DNA from: a virus
Taxonomy: Duplodnaviria; Caudoviricetes
Virus record (IMG/VR): IMGVR_UViG_3300042507_002545
Coordinates: 33,989 to 97,988 of that record
DNA length: 64,000 bases
Strand: one strand, 5' to 3'
In this document: positions 55,409 to 64,000 of the stretch, piece by piece
Layout: each line of letters starts with the position of its first letter
Numbering within the stretch: position 1 is the first letter of the stretch
Notes under the pieces: generated by a model
Seen by the model: the letters and a program-made list of their open reading frames with translations, nothing else
Databases searched by the model: none
Told to the model about the DNA's origin: nothing
Position numbers and translations under genes: made by a program

Positions 55409-58400
55409 TTAGCATTTATTGAGTTCTTGTATTTTATTTAAGATATCTTCACGAGTTACTCGTATGAATTTTTTAGGTGCCACAACCTCATAGTTCTTGT
55501 TCTTGTACCCAAATTCTTCGTAAAGCCTCTTAGACAAATATACGAAAGTTTTAGTGGCCTTTGCCTTCTTTTGATTTACATTTTCACCATTAACATCAGC
55601 ACCAATCATGTATTGCCCATATCCAGCAGCATTCCAGAAAATTTTATTATCGTAATCTTTAGCGGCTTTCTTAAGTGCTTGAATACTATTCTCAATAGCT
55701 TTTACATTTAAATCATAGTTATCATCATTCATTTGCTGACTTACAACATCTTGAAAGCCTAGCTTACTTGTTAAGCCAAATGAGTTTGTATGCTCTTTTG
55801 AAAGTGCAAATACTGAGTCATTTGTTTCTAAAGGTTTAGCATTTGGATTAGCTGCCCCATTGTATACAAACAAGTAATTTTTTCTATCTTTAAGAAGCTG
55901 ATCTATAGCTAATTTAAGATCTACTCCTTCAGGTGCTTTTTGTACAATGAAGCTTGGACTTTGGTAGTTATCTCTAAATGTTTGCACTGTACCAAATGAT
56001 CCAGTAAGATCTGCCGCAGGATTTTTAGAAGCTTTCCATAAAGGTTGATCTAGTGTGTAGTTTCTAACCTTATATCTACTAGCAGTATTCTTATATGAAT
56101 TAACTGTACTAAACTTATTAAAGTAACTGTTAACAAGATTCCAAGTCATTAACTTATTGCTTTCCATGTAGTTAAGCATGCTTTCTAAGATTGGAGTTAA
56201 TCTTGTATCCGGCATAATTTGTCCTATACCATATTCCCCTTTGGAGTTAAATCCTGTAGTAAACATCGTATATATAGGTAAGTTGCTAAAGAACTTTGAA
56301 ATCTCCTGAGCCTCACTCGAGGTCATGTTAGCAGTTTCAATTAAGTTATATGGGTCCATTAGCTCAACTAAGTCTTCGTGGAATCTATTTATTCTATCTG
56401 GGTCTAACTTGCTAGACTTAAATTTAATAACACGTTCTTTAGTTTTTGCCTCATCAGCAGTTAGGAAGTCCAATACTTTATACTTCTGTACTAGGTCTGG
56501 GTACTTCTCTTTGATATCAAGAAGTCTTTTTGCATATGATTTAGTAGGACTCTTTAAAATATAGTATTGGTTAAATGTATTATCCAAGGCCATATCTCTT
56601 AGAGTATTCTCATATGCAAAAGTTGTAGCTTCTTTTTCTATATCAGCCTCTGCAAAGTCTTCATACTTAGCAGCTATAAAATCTTTTTTATACTGGATGT
56701 AGTCATCTCGCTTGATGATTTCAGATACTGGTATTGCATTTCTTAAATATTCACGCTCCATTACATATCTACCATATTCACGTATGTTTTGGAACATACT
56801 TGATCTAATTACACCAAATGAAAATGGTAGTTCTGGATTAGTGATATTAATGTTTTCTTTACCGTTATTAGATTGTAAGTTTTCAAACTCCTCTACCAAT
56901 TTTTGTTTATCAAAATACATCATCGGTATAGTTGTCTTGTCTTTTAACTTAACGTTTTTAACAAATACCGATACAGGAGACTTAGTTGTTGGCTTAAGTT
57001 TTACCGACTTAGATGCTACTTGCAAACTCTTATAATACTTAATAGAGTCAAGGTCCAAATTACGCATGTAGTTCTGGAACATAAACATTACTAAGTCATT
57101 TCTAAAGTTAGAAATGAACGTCTCTTGATCACCAAATGTATCAGAAACCGTATCCTTAAAGTCTTTTCTTCCTAACTTTTTAAGTAAATAATCATTTACC
57201 AACTTAGAGTCTCTAATAGTAAATAGATTCTTATAAATATCAGCCATGAACTCTGATATACCAAAGCTTGATATAGATGACTCATCTAAGATTTTATTGA
57301 TAACATCATCACCTAGTCTTTCATCTTCACGTAACTGGTCAGCTTGATATTGTCTTAAGTTAGTTTCAAATAAACTTGCTGCAACTTGGGTATCTAAATT
57401 AGTAGTACGCTTTACTGCAGTAATTACTTTAGACATATCTTCTATATCTAAGAAGTGTAGTAACAATCCCAGCTGCTCAGTGCTTTCAAAATCAAGTTCG
57501 TCTTGTAAATGATCTTCAAAATATTGCTGATTGAAGATTTTATCTTTTAATGATCCTGCAATATCCGTTGCTGCATTTTTAACACTCTTTGTATAAAGCA
57601 TTACCTCACCATCATCATTAGTATCTGTGTAAGGCATCATTTGTGAAAAGTTCATAAGAACTTTTCTACGTGCTTCACTTCTAAAGAAGTTAGGGTTTGA
57701 TAACTCAATACCTAGAGGACCTGCATAAGCAGACTTAGCTTTCTTAACCTCGTTAATGTATTGACGAATAATAGGTTGTGATACAAAGTAAGCAGCTTGT
57801 CTTATAGGTACACCAGCTTGAACCATTAATAATAATGATGGCGCAACAAAGTTATTACCTTGAATATCAAAGATCCACGGATCTTTAGCGATATCTACCC
57901 AACCATTGATAAGTTGAGAAATAACATCTGACACTTTGTTTACACCATCTGCATCATATAAGTTACTTAATGATATAGCAGTACCTTTTGGAGTTAGTAA
58001 TGTATTATGTGGCAAATAAATAGTTTGCTCTTTTTTAATTGGATCACCTTTATCGTCTTCTCCAATTGTATATTCAGGTTGTAAATAAGCACCAACCGTA
58101 TTAAAGATTACACTATAAGTATTGTCTACAGCACCTTGTCCAAGAGTTCTCTTACCAATGCTATTAGAACCATGCTTATAGATATTATATTCTATTTCAA
58201 ATATTCTAGTACCTTTAATTTTATCACCTCTTTCACTAAATACATTTTGTAAAGAGTCGTATGGTCTTACTTTAGAAGCAAGCTCTTGTGCAATAGGTTG
58301 TACAATATCAGTTGCGTTAGGTGTAATAAGATCTACATAGTTACTCTCTAAAGAAAGTATATCTATAATATCTGTAATAACATCATTTTGAAAATCTTCT

Positions 58401-61400
58401 GCTATAGATACAGAACCATCTTCATTTTTGCTAAGCTTATACATTAAAGTAGTAAGCTTATCAATGTCAAAGTCACCTCCTGATTTAGCTACAATTTCTG
58501 CTGGAAGTACAATTTGGTTACTACCTTCTGGTAAGAACTCATATACTTCCATAAACTCCATGGAGTTTAGACCTTGCACAGGAATACGCACACCAGCTAA
58601 AGAAACAAGCTTGCGATTATCATTTTCATTTAGCCAAGTCTCATCTTTAAGAAGTTGGTTAAGAGCTTGAAGACGAGTAAGTGATTCCCCTTTTCTTGCG
58701 GCTTCTTCAATCATCTCAGTAACTTTTGGCAAGTCTAAAAGCTTTTTATACTCTCCCTGAATACCAATCTTAATCTTCATAGCCATTGTCTTACCATCTT
58801 TTTTTCTATAGAACGGTAAATCATTGGTGCCTAAAACTTCCAGGCGCTCTTTAGAGTCTTTGTTAGCATTGAAGAAATCACGACTAGTATAACCAGCACC
58901 TGATACTTGAACAAGAGCCTCTCCTGTAACCTTTTGTTTAATAAGTTTTTTATTAATAATAGATACAAGAACCTTCTCAATCTCAGCCGCCGCTAGAGAT
59001 ACATCAAGAGAAGATTTTAATTTACCTTCTTTATTAAGCTTGACAAAATCTAAGTGGTGCTCAGCAAGTTCACGCTTAGTTAATTGACTTTCTATATAAG
59101 CAAATAACTTATCTAAAGGTCCTGTTGGTTTACCATTTTCATATGTCCAACCTATTTCATCTAATAACTCTTGTTTCTTCTGAGCCATAAGATTTTCAAG
59201 GTTACCTTGGAAACGTTTAATTAAACTATAGTTTTTAGATTCTCTACGTTTAGCTGTGTCATCTCCAATTTCATTCCACCTTGCCATACGTGCTTCTTTA
59301 GGCAAGTTAGGTTCAAAGTCTGTAGGTACACCATTTTCCATTAACCCAGACTCAATAAGTTTACGTAACTGAGTAGGGAATGTGGTTTTACTCTTATACT
59401 TAGGTGCAATCTCTAACTGCTTTTTAAAGTATTTTAAGAATATATCGTTAGGAGTAAACATGTACCCTTCTTCTGTGAATGCTAGCTCACGGTTAGCAGC
59501 ATCTTCTGGATTTTTATAAAATTTATCTGGCTTGCCATTAGGTGTAATAGTAGCAATCTTAGATCCTGATCCAAATAAAGCATAGTCTACCTTTTGCTCA
59601 ACCATCTTATTATGAAGCTTTTCAAGATCGGAGCCTTCAATAGTAGATGGAATTAATGGTACCAATGAGAATTTATGGAATGCTGTAAGTGGCAAACCAT
59701 TTGTTGCAAGTGGTCCCCAGTATTGCATCTTAAGTACAGGGAAGAATTCTTTAATCTTAGTCTGATCAATGTTCTTCTTAGCCAATACATCTCTATATAA
59801 TAACTCTTGTGTATCTGACCATGCACCCATCATAATGCTAAGTGCTTTATAACCATCAAAAGTTATCCAGCCTTGAGCATCCCCTTCTTTCATTTCACGG
59901 TATGGCTTAGCACGTTCTTTAACAATTTTATCAACGTCCTCGTCCGTTAATTTACCATTCTTATAGCCAGGTGAATTTTTGATAGAAGTTCTAATGTCAT
60001 CTTCAATGGCAGCGTAGTATAATGATTTTGTTTCAACATCTTCTAATACAGCACTTCTAAATTGTTCACTATAAGATTTTTCTACACTTTGCCCCGTATA
60101 CCAACTACTTGAACTATAGCTAGCTTTACCAGGAGCAAATACAACACTATTTAAATAACGTAACATTGCAGGATCTGTTCTTGGAATAATACCACCGCTA
60201 TTAATACCGGCGTTACGTTTTTGGAACTCTTCCTTAGCCATGTTATACAATGCTGGATCACCATGATAAAGCAATACGGTTTCTACATTGTGTATAAAGC
60301 TGTTGTAAACATGTGTTTTAATTGCAATATTTCTGGTTTCATTTCTACTTAGCTTCTTAGCTTTTGTATCATCACCTGCATAGATCTCTTGAATTTTATC
60401 ATGCATGGTGTTATCTATATACTCAGCTTCTACTAGTTGTTCAGTAAACTCATTTATCTTGTTTGCAAAATATACTTTTATAACATCATCTGCTATTCTC
60501 TTTCTAAGATCACTTGACTCCGGTAAATCCAAATAATCACGTAATCTACCGCCGTACTCAGCAGGAATATTCATTAACTCTTCTTGAAGTTCAGGTCTAA
60601 TCATGTCTGAGAATATCACAAACTTTTGACCCTCTACCCCATACGTAGATTTACCTACTGGTATCATACGCTCAATAGCATTAGCTGGTAAAGCCTTTAC
60701 TCTATTAATACGATCAAGCTCGGCCTCTAAATAACCAAGTAAGATATTAAAAGCTGCAGCTTCCCCATTGGTACCAAGTGCAAACTCTCTAGGGTTTACA
60801 TAATACTTTCTATTAGATAAGTGATATACAAGTATTGTAGATTTATCTGCAGGAGTAGTTCCCATAGGTAAACCGTGGATAACACTCACGTGAAAATCTG
60901 TAAGGCGCTTTGTAAATTCATCTGAGTCTGATGCTGCAATACCATTATAGGCTTCACCATTAACAGTAAATGAAACACCTGCTAGATTATTAATATCTAT
61001 AGTAATCTTTTCATTAGACCCAACCTCTTCTTTAATAGAACGCTTAGGACCACTAGGCTTTGACATGTCAAAAAGCTCGTGGATTGTAACAAGACGTTTT
61101 CTCTTAGGATCTGGATTATTACTTACAAATGGATTACGTAGTGCAGATAAATGATTCATCTCAGGCTTTGCAGTAAGAGTATTAAAATCAGGTGCTTCCT
61201 GTAATTCTCTAATCTGTTGAGTAATGGTATTGTTTTCCATAAACTCATACTGAGTATCACCTGCTGCATTTAATACCATGAAGTCTGAATAGTCATCAGT
61301 ATATGTAGCTTGAATCTTTTGTAAAGAGTTGTAGAATCCACGCAAGCCTTTTAAAACTTCACCATTGTCCCTAATCTTTTTAGTAGGGTTAATCAAGTCA

Positions 61401-64000
61401 TCAATTTTTCTTACAATGACTATGTTCTTTGGTTTGTTTTCAGCAATAGCTTTATCGTTATGAAGCTTTATAGCCTCAATGCGATCAAAGATTACTTTAG
61501 CTGGATTAGGAATCATCTTATTTAACGCCGCAACAATTTTAGATTTGTTGTCAAAGTAAATTCCTACATCTTGTAAAAACTTAATTCTATTAAGATTGCT
61601 ATATTGTGATACATAGTCGTTATATATAGCATCAATATCTAAGAAGTTATTACCATTTATATCAGGTTTAATATACTTAGTAGTAACTGTTTTAAATCTA
61701 TCATTCCAGTCACGGCCTATTTTAGCATCTGCCGTTGAAGCTCCTCCTACCTTAGCACTATACTCAAACTCAGTTTTAATGATATTACCCTCTTCATCTC
61801 GCTCAAGTACATTAGTTGTTCTATCTACAACTAAAGCAACAAGTGGTACACGAGTTTTATTAAATGCATCATTAAACTGTGTCCATAAGTTTTGAGCATT
61901 AGCCGTCATCTGTGTATCAGGATTGCCAAGTTTAATTAACAATTCTTGTATAAACGGATAGTCTTCTTTTGAATCTTGTAAACGAGTATACATTTCTTGT
62001 GGGCTATTAGCACCCTGAAGTATTCTAGTTATACGATTCCAGGCAATACCAAAATCCATTAATGTATTAAACCCTAGATTGTTCATTGCTTTAGAACCAT
62101 CTGACTCTAAAGCATGTAAGCTTTTAATTAAATAGATTACACTTTCACTAGCAAGATCTAGTAATGATGCTTCATTACCTCTTCTATCATGACCATCTCT
62201 ACTCTTAAATTCACCAGTGTCTTCAAATAATAATACTGCTTTTTCTGCAGCTGTAACAAAATCTGAGAAACGAGACTTCTTATTATAATAAGCAATAATA
62301 CCTTTATCGCTATCAGTATCCCAGTTGTCCGTTGCCCATACTAAAGCATCTTGTTGATTTAATAGTTTTTGCTTTTCACTATCTGTTGTAGCATTTGCTA
62401 TTTGAACATCTAGTGCTTCAATAGCTTCTTCTATTTTAGTCTTAGCGTAAGTTAAAGCTGCTTCTCTACCTTTTGGTATAGATAGGAGAGCCGTTGTGTA
62501 ATATGCTTTATCGCCGGAACCGTCTTCGGTTACACCAATTCTAAGATTAACAAAATCGGATACTAATGAATCTAAAGTATCCACTAATTCCATAGAGTTA
62601 CGCATAGTAAGTAAAGGTGTACTATAGTTTTCATCTATAGACTCAGCACCCTTATTCATTACTTGCTGTCTAATCTCTGCAGGTAAGTTTTGCTCAGAGT
62701 AACTATACTCAGTTAATCTTCCAAACTGCAGCTTATTATAAATATCATTAGCATAAGTCAACGCTTCCTGGTTTAAAACCATGTCGTTGTAACTCTGCAC
62801 TCCAAATAATTCAAAGAAGAAATCAAGAATTTTCCTAAAGATACTACGCTGTGTAACATCTTTAATTTCCATTTTACCACCAGATAGCATGTAAGCTCTA
62901 AACTCTTCAGCTAGGAACTCTTCAAGTTCAAGGTCACTTGCTTTAGAGAAGTCTCTATATACACCTCTGTAAGTTCTAAAGTTACCACTACGCTTTCTAG
63001 TTTTTTCATAAAGCTCTTGTCTTTGAGCATCTGTCATAAACATGCGAGTAAACCCGTGCCATGCTTCGTGGTACAAGTCCGAGTAATTAGCACCTTCAAA
63101 AAGTATAATAGCATTTTGATACCACTTTGCAACTGATGCAGGGTCATAAGTATTAACCTCGTTCATTAAATTTTCAAGTGGAAACTTATCTTTAAATATG
63201 CTATTGTCAAACCACTTCTTAGCCTCTTCAAGTTTAGCTTTTAATTCATTTGGACTAAGTTGTGCAATGTCAAAGCGTAAACCGAATTGTCTAACAAAAT
63301 CTCTAGCTTGTTTTTTATTTCTAGAAAGCCCTTGGAATTCATCATCCTCAAGGCTATCATTCTTAATGATCTCATTTATAACCTCAATAGCTGATGGCTT
63401 AGGTGCTTCCTCAACTTTTTCAACTGGAGTTTCTTCAGTAGTTTTAGCAGCTTTCTTTTTATCAGCCGGTTTAGTAGTAGCTGACTTCTTACCCTTATTT
63501 GTTTTAGCAGGTGTAGCTGCTTTCTTTTTCTCGTAGTTTAAGATCTTCTCAAAAGTTTCTGAGCTAGGGTCAAACTTAATATGACCATTAAGCCCTACTA
63601 TTTGATTGTCTTTATTAAGTGGAATATTAATATAGAAGTTATCTTTAATGTAATCTACATAGTTAACTTCATTTTGTGTTTTAACCCACTCACCATCTTT
63701 TTCATTAATACTAAAATTGTCAAATAAACCACTAATGTTACCAAGTACATTTGACTTAATATGCAGACGTCTTTTATAGACCTTGTAGTAGCCAGTACCT
63801 TTAGTTCTTTTTCTAGCTATAGGGTCTTCAATAATAGTATTCTCATCTAACTTATCCGCATAAGCTTTATCTTTTTGATTATTTATAACAGTTTTACCGT
63901 CAAGAAATCCAGCTTTTATTTCTTTCTCAGTAACCTCAGTTCCTGATACATAAAACTTTTCAAAAAGATGTTTATATATCGCTTCTTCTACAGCAGCTTC
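55409..64000 (-). CDS. virion-packaged double-psi-barrel RNA polymerase (5' end beyond the window)
   Basis: RIPVQG and GGDFDIDK (58460-58480), HEAWH zincin (63056-63070); the frame has no stop from 63166 to 64000, so the protein exceeds 2860 aa. Confidence 0.88.
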   Translation of the reverse strand, partial: EAAVEEAIYKHLFEKFYVSGTEVTEKEIKAGFLDGKTVINNQKDKAYADKLDENTIIEDPIARKRTKGTGYYKVYKRRLHIKSNVLGNISGLFDNFSINEKDGEWVKTQNEVNYVDYIKDNFYINIPLNKDNQIVGLNGHIKFDPSSETFEKILNYEKKKAATPAKTNKGKKSATTKPADKKKAAKTTEETPVEKVEEAPKPSAIEVINEIIKNDSLEDDEFQGLSRNKKQARDFVRQFGLRFDIAQLSPNELKAKLEEAKKWFDNSIFKDKFPLENLMNEVNTYDPASVAKWYQNAIILFEGANYSDLYHEAWHGFTRMFMTDAQRQELYEKTRKRSGNFRTYRGVYRDFSKASDLELEEFLAEEFRAYMLSGGKMEIKDVTQRSIFRKILDFFFELFGVQSYNDMVLNQEALTYANDIYNKLQFGRLTEYSYSEQNLPAEIRQQVMNKGAESIDENYSTPLLTMRNSMELVDTLDSLVSDFVNLRIGVTEDGSGDKAYYTTALLSIPKGREAALTYAKTKIEEAIEALDVQIANATTDSEKQKLLNQQDALVWATDNWDTDSDKGIIAYYNKKSRFSDFVTAAEKAVLLFEDTGEFKSRDGHDRRGNEASLLDLASESVIYLIKSLHALESDGSKAMNNLGFNTLMDFGIAWNRITRILQGANSPQEMYTRLQDSKEDYPFIQELLIKLGNPDTQMTANAQNLWTQFNDAFNKTRVPLVALVVDRTTNVLERDEEGNIIKTEFEYSAKVGGASTADAKIGRDWNDRFKTVTTKYIKPDINGNNFLDIDAIYNDYVSQYSNLNRIKFLQDVGIYFDNKSKIVAALNKMIPNPAKVIFDRIEAIKLHNDKAIAENKPKNIVIVRKIDDLINPTKKIRDNGEVLKGLRGFYNSLQKIQATYTDDYSDFMVLNAAGDTQYEFMENNTITQQIRELQEAPDFNTLTAKPEMNHLSALRNPFVSNNPDPKRKRLVTIHELFDMSKPSGPKRSIKEEVGSNEKITIDINNLAGVSFTVNGEAYNGIAASDSDEFTKRLTDFHVSVIHGLPMGTTPADKSTILVYHLSNRKYYVNPREFALGTNGEAAAFNILLGYLEAELDRINRVKALPANAIERMIPVGKSTYGVEGQKFVIFSDMIRPELQEELMNIPAEYGGRLRDYLDLPESSDLRKRIADDVIKVYFANKINEFTEQLVEAEYIDNTMHDKIQEIYAGDDTKAKKLSRNETRNIAIKTHVYNSFIHNVETVLLYHGDPALYNMAKEEFQKRNAGINSGGIIPRTDPAMLRYLNSVVFAPGKASYSSSSWYTGQSVEKSYSEQFRSAVLEDVETKSLYYAAIEDDIRTSIKNSPGYKNGKLTDEDVDKIVKERAKPYREMKEGDAQGWITFDGYKALSIMMGAWSDTQELLYRDVLAKKNIDQTKIKEFFPVLKMQYWGPLATNGLPLTAFHKFSLVPLIPSTIEGSDLEKLHNKMVEQKVDYALFGSGSKIATITPNGKPDKFYKNPEDAANRELAFTEEGYMFTPNDIFLKYFKKQLEIAPKYKSKTTFPTQLRKLIESGLMENGVPTDFEPNLPKEARMARWNEIGDDTAKRRESKNYSLIKRFQGNLENLMAQKKQELLDEIGWTYENGKPTGPLDKLFAYIESQLTKRELAEHHLDFVKLNKEGKLKSSLDVSLAAAEIEKVLVSIINKKLIKQKVTGEALVQVSGAGYTSRDFFNANKDSKERLEVLGTNDLPFYRKKDGKTMAMKIKIGIQGEYKKLLDLPKVTEMIEEAARKGESLTRLQALNQLLKDETWLNENDNRKLVSLAGVRIPVQGLNSMEFMEVYEFLPEGSNQIVLPAEIVAKSGGDFDIDKLTTLMYKLSKNEDGSVSIAEDFQNDVITDIIDILSLESNYVDLITPNATDIVQPIAQELASKVRPYDSLQNVFSERGDKIKGTRIFEIEYNIYKHGSNSIGKRTLGQGAVDNTYSVIFNTVGAYLQPEYTIGEDDKGDPIKKEQTIYLPHNTLLTPKGTAISLSNLYDADGVNKVSDVISQLINGWVDIAKDPWIFDIQGNNFVAPSLLLMVQAGVPIRQAAYFVSQPIIRQYINEVKKAKSAYAGPLGIELSNPNFFRSEARRKVLMNFSQMMPYTDTNDDGEVMLYTKSVKNAATDIAGSLKDKIFNQQYFEDHLQDELDFESTEQLGLLLHFLDIEDMSKVITAVKRTTNLDTQVAASLFETNLRQYQADQLREDERLGDDVINKILDESSISSFGISEFMADIYKNLFTIRDSKLVNDYLLKKLGRKDFKDTVSDTFGDQETFISNFRNDLVMFMFQNYMRNLDLDSIKYYKSLQVASKSVKLKPTTKSPVSVFVKNVKLKDKTTIPMMYFDKQKLVEEFENLQSNNGKENINITNPELPFSFGVIRSSMFQNIREYGRYVMEREYLRNAIPVSEIIKRDDYIQYKKDFIAAKYEDFAEADIEKEATTFAYENTLRDMALDNTFNQYYILKSPTKSYAKRLLDIKEKYPDLVQKYKVLDFLTADEAKTKERVIKFKSSKLDPDRINRFHEDLVELMDPYNLIETANMTSSEAQEISKFFSNLPIYTMFTTGFNSKGEYGIGQIMPDTRLTPILESMLNYMESNKLMTWNLVNSYFNKFSTVNSYKNTASRYKVRNYTLDQPLWKASKNPAADLTGSFGTVQTFRDNYQSPSFIVQKAPEGVDLKLAIDQLLKDRKNYLFVYNGAANPNAKPLETNDSVFALSKEHTNSFGLTSKLGFQDVVSQQMNDDNYDLNVKAIENSIQALKKAAKDYDNKIFWNAAGYGQYMIGADVNGENVNQKKAKATKTFVYLSKRLYEEFGYKNKNYEVVAPKKFIRVTREDILNKIQELNKC

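Noticed and set aside
50402-63536. Short plus-strand ORFs opposite the giant genes (also 519..767, 4741..5077, 44164..46086 and minus-strand shadows in the plus block)
   Set aside because: Antisense shadows of real genes.
1-64000. Stop-codon reassignment, as in some crAss-like phages
   Set aside because: Long genes are intact under code 11, and TAG and TGA both end genes cleanly at overlaps and terminators.

Overview
A 64-kb segment of a lytic Bacteroidota phage related to crAss-like/phi14:2 phages, using standard genetic code 11. It has three blocks. (i) 1-5.9 kb, minus strand: virion fibre and decoration genes. (ii) 5.9-43.7 kb, plus strand: a non-coding stretch tiled with palindromes (7.15-8.15 kb), then small early genes built as promoter-gene-terminator cassettes, a structured ncRNA region feeding a TROVE/Ro60-like vWA gene, and host-modulation and replication genes (PP2C, ClpS, GroES, SPL-like radical SAM, UDG, DnaB, primase, MoxR/vWA, PolB, MazG). 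(iii) 43.7-64 kb, minus strand: a lysis cassette with an embedded PAS-domain membrane protein, a 2739-aa ejection-type protein and a >2860-aa virion RNA polymerase (DFDID motif) that runs off the window. Best leads: three covarying copies of a structured RNA motif directly upstream of the Ro60-like gene; candidate hairpin promoters for the virion RNAP; an array of about 20 different operator-like palindromes; and a PAS sensor between endolysin and holin. All family assignments come from motifs recognised by eye. No searches or folding programs were run.
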